Assembly (NCBI GenBank): GCA_049322915.1
Contig: JBMOPW010000034.1
Location: 288,001 to 352,000, forward strand
DNA length: 64,000 nucleotides
Source: Candidatus Zhuqueibacterota bacterium
Lineage (GTDB): Bacteria > Zhuqueibacterota > Zhuqueibacteria > Thermofontimicrobiales > Thermofontimicrobiaceae
Reading direction: 5' to 3'
Of this stretch, positions 53,681-62,869 are shown piece after piece (the first letter of the stretch is position 1; every line of letters starts with the position of its first letter). The position numbers and the translations under genes are program-made. The notes beneath the pieces are model-generated. The model had not been told where the DNA came from and ran no database searches. It saw only the letters and a program-made list of their open reading frames with translations.

Positions 53681-55804
53681 CTACTTTAAATAAAGCATCT
53701 TCTTTTCAGCGACAAATTCACCCGCCTGGATGATATAAAAATAACAACCCGTCGCTACAGGGATTCCTGAATGATTGCATCCATTCCAGGTGATCTGATG
53801 CGACCCAGCGACCTGGAACGTATCGATCAGGGTTCGGATTATCTGGCCGTTGACATTATAAATAGTGAGCCGAACGGGAACCGCTTTGGCAATTGAACCT
53901 GGAATAAAATATTTGATGGTCGTTGTACCGTTGAACGGATTGGGATAGTTTTGAAAAAGCGCCATCGACTCAATCCCATTCAGCTTCGCTGAAACCCTTG
54001 AGATCACTGAATTCGCTTCAAAGGCGCCCATGTCGATGCCGTTGCCAACGGGGCGCAGCATCGTCAGATGGTCGAGTGGGATTTGAATGGTGGTGTCGCC
54101 CCTGTCAATTGCAGGTGAATTCGTGCGCAACATAAAATCTTTTGGTCGATTAGGAGAACCCGATGCTTTGGTCAGCAACGGATCGGTATTGTTCAGGCTA
54201 TGAATTTCCCGATTCAGCGACTGAACCTGAGTGAAGCTCAGAGAAGAGCCAGCCGATTTGGCAAAGATACTTTGTAGTGGCACAAAATATAAATTATGAT
54301 CCAGCAAATAAGTGGCTTGATTGATAGGGCAACGGCCATCACGGAATGAAAATACGACTCCCTGCCAGTCAGGCGCATAAAAAATATTATTTTTAAAATA
54401 GAATTTTTCCGGCGGCAGTCCACTGACCGTAGCGCCGTAAGACCATAACTCCACAGGCAAAGAACGAGAGTCAGCCGTTTTTCCATCATAAAATATCGTA
54501 TTATTGTAAAAATAAAGTCCTTTTACATTATCACGAATCAGCAGCACCCTGCCATCTCTTGCCACGATAATTGAATTTTTGATGGTGACATTGGGCACCC
54601 AGACATTTAAAATGGCGCTGGAATTGTACGGTTGTTTTTCATCGCAATACAGGCGATCCACCGTAATGCCTTTGGCAGTCCAGCCGAAAACAATGGAGCC
54701 ACCGTCATTATTGTAGGTCACGCAGTCCTCAACCAGATGATTTTCGCCCGTGGTAATATCGATGCCTTGCTCCGCACAGCGGGAAAAAACCGAACGCCGG
54801 GTCACAAAATTTTTTCCGAGAACATCCACTTGCAGCGTGGTACCCTCATGCCAGGCGATGCCATCGTTGGTTGTGCAATTTTCCACCACGATGCCTTCCG
54901 CCGAAATATCATTGGGCGGATTTGCCGCATGACCGCCAATAAATATGCCGCAGTTATAATAGTCACGGCCTTTAATATCCTTCATCGTCAGCCGATTCAC
55001 AGCATAGCCGTAAACCAGAATGCCATTGGTGCAGGTATGAATGCGACAATTGGCAAGGTTCACATCATTTTTCTGCACTTCAATCCCCTGAAATCCCCAA
55101 TTGTTCGTTCGATTGACAACTTCGACGTAGCGGATATCAACCCAATCACTCGCCACTTTAATTGTCTGGTAGCGACCTTTGCCATCAAATTTGGCACGAC
55201 CGCCGTAAGACGAGTAGGTAACAGGTTGTCCAGTGCTGCCACCTTTGGTGGTCAGCGTGCCTTCAAACGTCTCACCGCCTTTGAACAAGACCCAGTCTCC
55301 AGGTGCTGGCGTAAAACTGAACGTTTTTTTAGGAGTCGCTGGAGACAGTCCATCATTGGCATTGTCGCCCGATACAGGGGCGATGTAATAAACGGTTGTA
55401 GTGGGTTTTGTGATGTTATTGGCTACCGCAAGATCGGTGAAGCTGGCTAACTTGCCGGATGTGGTTTCAATGGTGCCAATGGAGTTGTCGTACGAAATGA
55501 GAACCGAGTCAATGAATGGCGTAAATTGGCCTTCCACATAAAGATCGATAAAGGATGAATCCAGCACAATTTGGTAAACCCGAAAAGCATCCTTTTCGCC
55601 AAAAGCGGAAATCGTGAATCCATATTTTGCAAGATAGATTTCGTAATAACACAGTTTGAGGAAGCTCAGCGGCTTTTCGTCCATGTGAAGCCGAATGGCA
55701 TGGGGAGCTTCATTTCTGATTTCAGCGCGAATGTCAAGTGCTTTCGCCTCGGCAAAATTTAATAAAAGCAAGAGGGAAAATAATGGACCGAGAAATTTTT
55801 TCAT
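53681..55804 (-). CDS. Right-handed parallel beta-helix (pectin lyase-like) protein with anchor-Q-like and T9SS sorting domains
   Basis: YYIAPVSGDNANDGLSPATP, VLFKGG, Asn-ladder repeats, SPAIDRG...DMGAFE, QNYPNPFN. Confidence 0.8.
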   Translation of the reverse strand: MKKFLGPLFSLLLLLNFAEAKALDIRAEIRNEAPHAIRLHMDEKPLSFLKLCYYEIYLAKYGFTISAFGEKDAFRVYQIVLDSSFIDLYVEGQFTPFIDSVLISYDNSIGTIETTSGKLASFTDLAVANNITKPTTTVYYIAPVSGDNANDGLSPATPKKTFSFTPAPGDWVLFKGGETFEGTLTTKGGSTGQPVTYSSYGGRAKFDGKGRYQTIKVASDWVDIRYVEVVNRTNNWGFQGIEVQKNDVNLANCRIHTCTNGILVYGYAVNRLTMKDIKGRDYYNCGIFIGGHAANPPNDISAEGIVVENCTTNDGIAWHEGTTLQVDVLGKNFVTRRSVFSRCAEQGIDITTGENHLVEDCVTYNNDGGSIVFGWTAKGITVDRLYCDEKQPYNSSAILNVWVPNVTIKNSIIVARDGRVLLIRDNVKGLYFYNNTIFYDGKTADSRSLPVELWSYGATVSGLPPEKFYFKNNIFYAPDWQGVVFSFRDGRCPINQATYLLDHNLYFVPLQSIFAKSAGSSLSFTQVQSLNREIHSLNNTDPLLTKASGSPNRPKDFMLRTNSPAIDRGDTTIQIPLDHLTMLRPVGNGIDMGAFEANSVISRVSAKLNGIESMALFQNYPNPFNGTTTIKYFIPGSIAKAVPVRLTIYNVNGQIIRTLIDTFQVAGSHQITWNGCNHSGIPVATGCYFYIIQAGEFVAEKKMLYLK

Positions 55805-55894
55805 TTTAGTAGCTCCGTAATTGTTCTAACTTGTGGTTTATCAATTTGATAATATACTCGTCAAGTATCCACTCAATAAAAGATGGTGAACCCC

Positions 55895-55986
55895 GTCTTG
55901 CCCGAATGCTTTTATCGGGCATCCATAAAAGCAACGTAGATTCCCGCTGAGAGCATGGATTCCCGCTAAAAGCATGCGGGAAAGAC
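55895..55986. repeat. Inverted pair of REP-like palindromic units (REPIN/BIME-like)
   Basis: GTCTTGCCCGAATGCTTTTATCGGGCATCCAT (55895-55926) and, on the opposite strand, GTCTTTCCCGCATGCTTTTAGCGGGAATCCAT (55955-55986), plus a partial copy between them. Confidence 0.7.
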
Positions 55987-56061
55987 AACCGATGATCAGT
56001 GACCTTAAATGTCACTTTTTTTTTACCCGAAAAAATTGAGCGGATACCTCGTCAACAAGTA

Positions 56062-56125
56062 TATATAGCAAAAATAATTATCATTTGCATGTCATGCCGC
56101 AACAAACTTATGTCACCAGGTTACA
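56062..56125 (-). promoter_or_regulatory. Third PUL promoter with tandem operator boxes
   Basis: Minus strand TGTAACCTGGTGACA-N6-TGTTGCGGCATGACA overlapping -35 ATGCAA, 17 bp, TG-extended -10 TATATA. Confidence 0.75.
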
Positions 56126-56253
56126 TTTATTAAATTCCTTAATATTGGTTTTGTGAAAGAGAGTAAATCGCCTTTATACGATTCAGGTGCAATGCATAAA
56201 GGCATTGCACTCCAGGCGAAACACCAAAAAGGAGAGAAAAAAGTGAGTCAGAA

Positions 56254-59200
56254 TCAACGATTTTTATTTTTCTTTTGGATATAAGCGGATGGGGGCTTGC
56301 CAAAGTGCTTGCGAAAATCCCTGGCAAAATTGGAGGAATCAGAGAAACCGACTTCGTAGGCAATTTCAGTAACGGTCAAATTCGATTGCTCTAACAACTG
56401 TGCCGCGCGCTTGAGTCGTAAAATGCGGATAAAATCATTTACCGTTTGATTGGTTAGCGACTTGATTTTACGATATAATTGGACGCGATTCATTCTGACC
56501 GCCTGGCTGAGGCTTTCCACCCCAAAATCAGAATCGTGGATATTTTCTTCAATCGTTTTAATAACGCGCTGCAGAAATTTTTCATCGATGGAGGAAATGT
56601 AAATATTTCGCGGCTCGAGTTTGATATCACGGCTGAACCGCTCCCGCAATTGTTGTCTGGACTTGATCAAATTATGCACGCGGGCTTTGAGCTCGTTCAC
56701 ATTGAACGGCTTGACGATATAATCATCCGCACCAATGATCAGTCCATGGGTTTTATCTTCTTCGGACGAACGAGCGGTAAGTAAAATCACAGGGATATGA
56801 CTGGTTCTTTCGTCTGTTTTCAACTGCTGGCACAGCGTATTTCCATCCATTCCCGGCATGATAATGTCGCTGATAATTAAATCAGGAATGATTTTCCTCG
56901 CTGTTTCCAGACCTTCAATTCCATTGGATGCCTCGGCGATATCGTAATCCTCGCTCAAATCATCCCGAATGTAACTACGAATGTCATCATTATCTTCGAC
57001 AATCAAAATTTTGAATTTCGTTTGATCATCCGGGTGCACGTCAGCCCGGGGCATATCAGTCTGGCGGATCTCTTTTTCAATTCCGGTCAGCGTTCCCCTG
57101 CCATGCTCACTGCTTTCAGTTTCGGCGGGGGGAGTTTTTTCGAAGTGACTGGGTACGTCTCCACCAGGCATTTGCGCTGTTCGTCGCATCGGCAATTGAA
57201 CGACAAAGCAGGCGCCTTTTCCAGCTTCACTGTGGACACTGATGGTACCGCCATGAAGCTCGACCAATTCTTTCGTTAAAGCCAGACCAATCCCGCTGCC
57301 TTTTTGGTCACAATCGGGCTGATTTTTGGATTGATAGAACCGATCAAAGACATAAAGAATATCTTCTGGTCCAATTCCCATCCCGTTGTCTTCGACTTTA
57401 ATCCCGATATTGTATCCATCATTTGAATCGGCAGTGAAATAATCTGCAACTGTAATCGACAAAGTAACCTTACCATTATCCTGAGTAAATTTCAAGGCGT
57501 TGCACAACAAATTATAAATAATTTTATCGATCTTGTCCGGATCAAACCAGGTGAGTAAGTTTTCATAATTGGAGTGAAAGTCGAGCTCAATTTGTTTTTT
57601 TTCAGCCGATGGCTGGAACGATTCAAAAATATTTTTGATAAATTGAATCAGGTCACCCTGGAACAGTTCCAGTTTAAGACAGCCTTCATCCAGCTTGCGA
57701 AAATCCAACAACTGATTGACCAGCCGTAGCAGTCGTTCGGCATTTTTATGAATGATGGCGATTTGAGCTGTGAGCCAGTGATTCTGGTCGATCTTTGAAA
57801 TAATCTTTTGCAAAGGTGAAATGATCAGAGTCAGCGGGGTGCGAAATTCATGAGAGATGTCGGTAAAAAATTGTTGTTTCAAAAGATAGACCTGTCGTTC
57901 CTGTTCTTTTTCGATCCGTTCCAGTCGAAGCTCATTTTCGAGTCTCTCCTGAATGCCAGCTAACTGAACGCGCATCAGTTCCGCCTGCTGACGCTCAATT
58001 TTCCTTAAATTTAAATATTTGGCATATCCAGCCAGGATGACATCGCAAAAATTTCGGATCGTCTCAACCTCATGCGGTAAAAATTTATCTTTATTTTCGG
58101 TTGCCAGGGCGAAAGTACCGTACTCAAAACAGATGAGCAGCATCGATCCTGAACCAAGCACTTCCTGTGGTTGACTGGATTGCGCCTGGATTGGCAGTAA
58201 TTCAGTGATGTTATTTCCATTAATTTTTTGTGAAATTATTTGACCCGATTTCCAGCGCGTGAGATAATTTTCCGAAATTGTATCTAATGGTAATTCCGTA
58301 TATTGAGGCGCAGCATTGTCTGAAGCCATTTCATAATGATGCAGAATTCCAATCGCTTCATCAACCAGGGAAATTCCAATATAGTGAAATTTATGGCCAA
58401 TCGAATTCAGCTCCCGGGTTAATTCTGTCAGGACATTTGAAATATCGTGGACGGTTCCCACCGCCATGGAAACCGCGCGAATATGTTCGATTGAACGCTC
58501 TTTCGCCAGTGATTTATTCGTCACCCGCAGCCGTTGATCCCGACGGATGACCCGCACCGTCTGGTAGAAAATGATGGCGATTAATACCGACAACAATCCG
58601 ACAAACCACGGTTGCTGCCAGATGGGAGGTAATACTTTAAACAGAACGGATGCCGGCGTTTCATCTTCATTCAGATCCGTATCACGTGCTTTCACCTGAA
58701 ATGTGTGCTTACCAGCGGGCAGTTTGAAAAAAACCTGGTTCGTTGTGGTGAAAAATTGTGACCAGTCAGCGTCATCCAGCCGCCAGGAAAATTCGAGTTT
58801 CTCTTGTGGAGTAACGTTCCACGGATCCTTTGCATGCCAGCTAAAAATAACGTTCCCTGGCTGAGCAATTTCTTTCTCAGTCTCGGAGATAACGGTTTGA
58901 GGTGACTGTGAATCAGGTTTGTAGCGTAACGTTCGAAACTCATATTCAGCAACTGGCGGTGTATTCGGCCAGGCCCGCCTGTTCCAGGCTTTGGAAGTCT
59001 GATTGATCCAGATGGCACTATCTGCGGAAGAATTAATGGAACCGCCATCCTGTGACAGATGCCAGGTTGCAGGCAACGCGCTTTGCGTCCACATTTTCCC
59101 ATCAAAACAATCATAACCCAGATTGGTTGCCGCCCAGATCGTACCGTCACGGGTCTGGGTAATCCCAATTATTTTATTGCTGGAAAGACCCTGATCAATG

Positions 59201-61251
59201 GTAAAAGCTCGCCATTTTGCACTGGCTGGATTATAATGAAAAATGCCGAAATATCGGGTACCAACCCACAACTCGCCTTCAGCCGAGGCATATAATGCAT
59301 CGATCGAAGGCTGCGCCAACTGAATCGGGTCGATAACCTTCTTGATATTCCCATTGTTAAATCGAAATAATCCGTAGATCCCGCCAAACCAGATTTCACC
59401 GTCCCTGGTTTGGGCAATGCCGTAAGGCGCCATAAAATTGCTGGATAAAACCGAAGTAATCTGGTTAAATTGGAAGTCTTTGACATGCAAAACACCACCC
59501 ATCTGCTGTTTATTTTGTTCGAAATCGACCGCGGCGCCAAACCACAATCCCTGATCATCATCCTCCAGAATCGCCCGATAATCTATGCCCCATGACAGGG
59601 TTGGATGTTGCATCATGTTCCACTTTCCATTGGTAAAAATGGCGGTGGCCGCGACATGATCCTGGCTGCCTCCGGCCCAGACTTCATCCTTTTTCGTGAT
59701 CAGGAGACAAACAGGATCACTCATCAATCCGTCTTCCACGCCAAAACTGAGCCATTGCTTTTTATCATAACTCACGACCCTGCCATCAGCAGCGATGAAC
59801 CATTGGGTGCCATCGGTTGCTTCACCCTGAAAGTTCAAATCTTCCAGCATGGTCCAATTGTTCATGGAATTATCAAAACGGAGAACTTTTGATCCTTTCG
59901 TTATCAGCCAGATTTTATGATCGGAAGTTTCAAAAATAGAGATGATTCGGCTATCCAGAATTGGAATTTCTTCAGGTTTATATATTTTCCAGTTTTTATT
60001 CTGATAAATATACAAAATTCCCCAACCGCCTAACCACAAGGATCCGTTACTGGCGGCGAGCATCGACGTAACCATATTCATGATACCGCCGATTTGAGAA
60101 ACAGGAAAGCCAGTCCATTGATTTCCATCAAATCGATTGAGATGCGATTGCGGCTGGCTTAAAGATGCCCAGATATCCCCATCCGCGGTTTGAGCAAATT
60201 GATAGGTGTTTTTAACATTGGGATTTATTCCACTCGTCAGCGAATAAATTTTCCATATTTCCCGATCGGTTCGGACCGTTTCGAAATAGGTTATGTTGCC
60301 AAAATCCTGTGAAAACCACAAACCACCTTTGCTGTCTTTAAACAGATTATAAACAAGCAACTCATGCAGTACATCGGGTATATATTCATTTTTTAGAGTG
60401 ACATCGAATACTCTGGAATTTTTATGGCTCCTCACTTTTAAATGAACGGATGAATCTGTATCATTATTGAAAAGGTTGATAAACAAATCCTGTTTATCAT
60501 TGATTGCGATGATACTGTCTCCCACACTCAATCCGGCCTGCTTCGCTGGTCCATCCGGCGCCAGGGCGTAAATAACTTCAGCCCTGGTAAACACGCCAAA
60601 ACCTCGCGACCAGGCATGTTGCGTGGTCGCATGATCGGGGACAACAAAGATTTTTACGCTGGGTGCAAACGTTTTGATGGCATCGACCTGATCCCGTGCT
60701 GTATAGATTGAAATCTCGTCATCCCTAATAGACAGAAGCCCATACTTTGATCCCGCCAGTACAACACCCTGATTAGATTCCACCATACCGCTAATTGTCC
60801 AGTTATAATCCAGCTTCATTGGGCAAACTTCTCGCCAATTGCGTTTATCAAATTTGAAAATGCCCTTTTCGGTTCCGGCATACAGCACGCCTGCGCGGGT
60901 CATCAACATACTTGAGACGGGGGATTCCAGGTAGTACTTAACAGTGTCTAATCCGTTGTAATGAATAATGGCGCCCGTTTCAGTCCCAAACCAAATCGTA
61001 CCATCGCTCGCTTCGGTCATGCACTGAATTCCCATTCCTTCCAACTCAGGGAATGAAATCCAGCGCCAGGCTTCTAATAATGGATCGGGATATTTAGGGT
61101 GAAAAGATTGGCTTGCATAATTATCAATTATACAGACGAAAAAAAAAGAGGTGGCAGAAATGATTATCCTAATTATTAGGAAATTGAAAGGAAGGAATCT
61201 GGGAATAGATAGGTGGATTTCGTTCTTACTATGAACCATTTCTGATCTCAA
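56254..61251 (-). CDS. Hybrid two-component system: beta-propeller sensor, Y_Y_Y domain, TM, histidine kinase, receiver and AraC HTH
   Basis: Reg_prop-like repeats (IWFGT, GLSSN), LPAGKHTFQVKA, ISHEFRTPLT, NLLCNALKF, GSGIGL, ILIVEDN/DIIMP, EIAYEVGFSD. Start uncertain (TTG 61251 or ATG 61239). Confidence 0.95.
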   Translation of the reverse strand: MRSEMVHSKNEIHLSIPRFLPFNFLIIRIIISATSFFFVCIIDNYASQSFHPKYPDPLLEAWRWISFPELEGMGIQCMTEASDGTIWFGTETGAIIHYNGLDTVKYYLESPVSSMLMTRAGVLYAGTEKGIFKFDKRNWREVCPMKLDYNWTISGMVESNQGVVLAGSKYGLLSIRDDEISIYTARDQVDAIKTFAPSVKIFVVPDHATTQHAWSRGFGVFTRAEVIYALAPDGPAKQAGLSVGDSIIAINDKQDLFINLFNNDTDSSVHLKVRSHKNSRVFDVTLKNEYIPDVLHELLVYNLFKDSKGGLWFSQDFGNITYFETVRTDREIWKIYSLTSGINPNVKNTYQFAQTADGDIWASLSQPQSHLNRFDGNQWTGFPVSQIGGIMNMVTSMLAASNGSLWLGGWGILYIYQNKNWKIYKPEEIPILDSRIISIFETSDHKIWLITKGSKVLRFDNSMNNWTMLEDLNFQGEATDGTQWFIAADGRVVSYDKKQWLSFGVEDGLMSDPVCLLITKKDEVWAGGSQDHVAATAIFTNGKWNMMQHPTLSWGIDYRAILEDDDQGLWFGAAVDFEQNKQQMGGVLHVKDFQFNQITSVLSSNFMAPYGIAQTRDGEIWFGGIYGLFRFNNGNIKKVIDPIQLAQPSIDALYASAEGELWVGTRYFGIFHYNPASAKWRAFTIDQGLSSNKIIGITQTRDGTIWAATNLGYDCFDGKMWTQSALPATWHLSQDGGSINSSADSAIWINQTSKAWNRRAWPNTPPVAEYEFRTLRYKPDSQSPQTVISETEKEIAQPGNVIFSWHAKDPWNVTPQEKLEFSWRLDDADWSQFFTTTNQVFFKLPAGKHTFQVKARDTDLNEDETPASVLFKVLPPIWQQPWFVGLLSVLIAIIFYQTVRVIRRDQRLRVTNKSLAKERSIEHIRAVSMAVGTVHDISNVLTELTRELNSIGHKFHYIGISLVDEAIGILHHYEMASDNAAPQYTELPLDTISENYLTRWKSGQIISQKINGNNITELLPIQAQSSQPQEVLGSGSMLLICFEYGTFALATENKDKFLPHEVETIRNFCDVILAGYAKYLNLRKIERQQAELMRVQLAGIQERLENELRLERIEKEQERQVYLLKQQFFTDISHEFRTPLTLIISPLQKIISKIDQNHWLTAQIAIIHKNAERLLRLVNQLLDFRKLDEGCLKLELFQGDLIQFIKNIFESFQPSAEKKQIELDFHSNYENLLTWFDPDKIDKIIYNLLCNALKFTQDNGKVTLSITVADYFTADSNDGYNIGIKVEDNGMGIGPEDILYVFDRFYQSKNQPDCDQKGSGIGLALTKELVELHGGTISVHSEAGKGACFVVQLPMRRTAQMPGGDVPSHFEKTPPAETESSEHGRGTLTGIEKEIRQTDMPRADVHPDDQTKFKILIVEDNDDIRSYIRDDLSEDYDIAEASNGIEGLETARKIIPDLIISDIIMPGMDGNTLCQQLKTDERTSHIPVILLTARSSEEDKTHGLIIGADDYIVKPFNVNELKARVHNLIKSRQQLRERFSRDIKLEPRNIYISSIDEKFLQRVIKTIEENIHDSDFGVESLSQAVRMNRVQLYRKIKSLTNQTVNDFIRILRLKRAAQLLEQSNLTVTEIAYEVGFSDSSNFARDFRKHFGKPPSAYIQKKNKNR

Positions 61252-61348
61252 GATTAATCGCTCGACCTGAAGAAAATAATTGTAGCCGAATAACGATCGT
61301 TGCTTCCAGGTATAAATTTTACTGCGAAATCATCTTTAAGCCGATCAA

Positions 61349-61377
61349 AATATATTCAGAAAAATCATCAAAGTCAA
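61349..61377 (-). promoter_or_regulatory. Sigma-70-type promoter of the HTCS gene
   Basis: TTGACT (61377-61372), 17 bp, TATATT (61354-61349); no tandem operator boxes seen next to it. Confidence 0.6.
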
Positions 61378-61651
61378 GTGTTTAAAATTTATCAAATAGT
61401 ACGCCTCAACAGTCTCTCATTGAAAATTCAACCCTATTAAAATATCCGATGGTAAAACCACAAAAGCAGGCGTGTCCTTGAATTCATTCCTTCGCTCGCT
61501 TCTCAGACCTTGCAGTAAATGATATTTCAAATAAACTATAGTAAAACAAGCGATTGTGACTTCGTTCAATGCTGATGTCAATTAGCACCGCTATTGACAA
61601 GCAACGATGCCGCCCTACGTCCGAGTAACTCTATGAGGTGCGTTTTCATTC

Positions 61652-62797
61652 TCATCGGATGCCGAGGACAACCACAAACACATCATCCCGGACCTGGGTG
61701 TATTTCTGCTTTTTCATGGACGAGATGATGACTTCGGCCAAATTTTCGGCGCCGACTTTTTCGTTACTGCTGATAATATCCTGTAATCCCTGCACTCCCA
61801 GAGGTTCGCGATTGCTATTCTCAGCGTCGATGACGCCGTCGGTATAAAACACGATCTTGTCACCGGCCTGCAACCGGATACGATCCTGAATGAAGCTATT
61901 TTTATCCTTCTTCTCAAAACCAATGATGAGATTCTGCGATGGCAAATGCGATAACTCGTGCGTCGCGTTTTTGCACAGCACAAGCGCCGGATGCGAGCTG
62001 CCAGCATACGTGAACAGCTTATCTTTGTGGTTCAGTTTGGAAGCGAACATCGTCAGGAACATGCCGGTGCGCTGAAATGTATCAATGATGAAATTATTCA
62101 GATAGAAGAGAATCTCGCTCGGCTCCAGTTCATCGCGAACCAGGTTGCGCACTTCACTGCAAATCCGATTCACCACCAGCGCCGCAGCAATGCCGTGTCC
62201 GGTCACATCGATAATCGTGACATAGGTATTGCCTTTGCTGTCTGTGTAAACATCGGCGTAGTCCCCTCCGACGCCAATGACCGGCAGGTATTTCACGCTG
62301 ATTTCGATATCATCGTCGCAGACAACCTGGGGCACCAAACTCAACTGCACCTGCTCTGCCAATTTCAAATCGCGCTGTATCATCGCATGGTGCTCGTCGA
62401 TCTCCTTCTGCTGCTGCTCAATTTTCAGTTTCATGGTGCGATGCTCCAGCGCCTGAGCCACTTTCAGGCGCAATTCTTCCACATCGACTGGCTTTGAAAG
62501 ATATTCGTATGCGCCCATTTTCATCGCCCGCACCGCTGATTTAATGCTGCCATAGGCGGTGAGGATGAGCACTTCTGTGCTGGGACTGCTCTCCTTGACT
62601 GCAGTTAGCACATCCAATCCATTCACTTCAGGCATTTGTAAGTCTGTTACGACGAGATCGAATTGTTGTTCTTTGAGAAACCTCAATGCTTCCTTGCCGC
62701 CGTGAGCAAGGCTCAGGCGATAGCTTTCCCGCTTCAATGCTTCGGATAAAAAATAGACGATACTCTTGTCATCATCGATAATCAACAATGAAGACAT
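61652..62797 (-). CDS. Response regulator receiver plus PP2C/SpoIIE phosphatase
   Basis: LLIIDDD, TDLQMP, KP; VGGDY, IDVTGHG, YTDGV, DDV. Confidence 0.92.
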   Translation of the reverse strand: MSSLLIIDDDKSIVYFLSEALKRESYRLSLAHGGKEALRFLKEQQFDLVVTDLQMPEVNGLDVLTAVKESSPSTEVLILTAYGSIKSAVRAMKMGAYEYLSKPVDVEELRLKVAQALEHRTMKLKIEQQQKEIDEHHAMIQRDLKLAEQVQLSLVPQVVCDDDIEISVKYLPVIGVGGDYADVYTDSKGNTYVTIIDVTGHGIAAALVVNRICSEVRNLVRDELEPSEILFYLNNFIIDTFQRTGMFLTMFASKLNHKDKLFTYAGSSHPALVLCKNATHELSHLPSQNLIIGFEKKDKNSFIQDRIRLQAGDKIVFYTDGVIDAENSNREPLGVQGLQDIISSNEKVGAENLAEVIISSMKKQKYTQVRDDVFVVVLGIR

Positions 62798-62869
62798 AAC
62801 AGATTCCTTTCGTCAAAACAGGGTCAGGGATTCGGGTTGTCGACTTTTCACACGGGAACGATACGGGGG

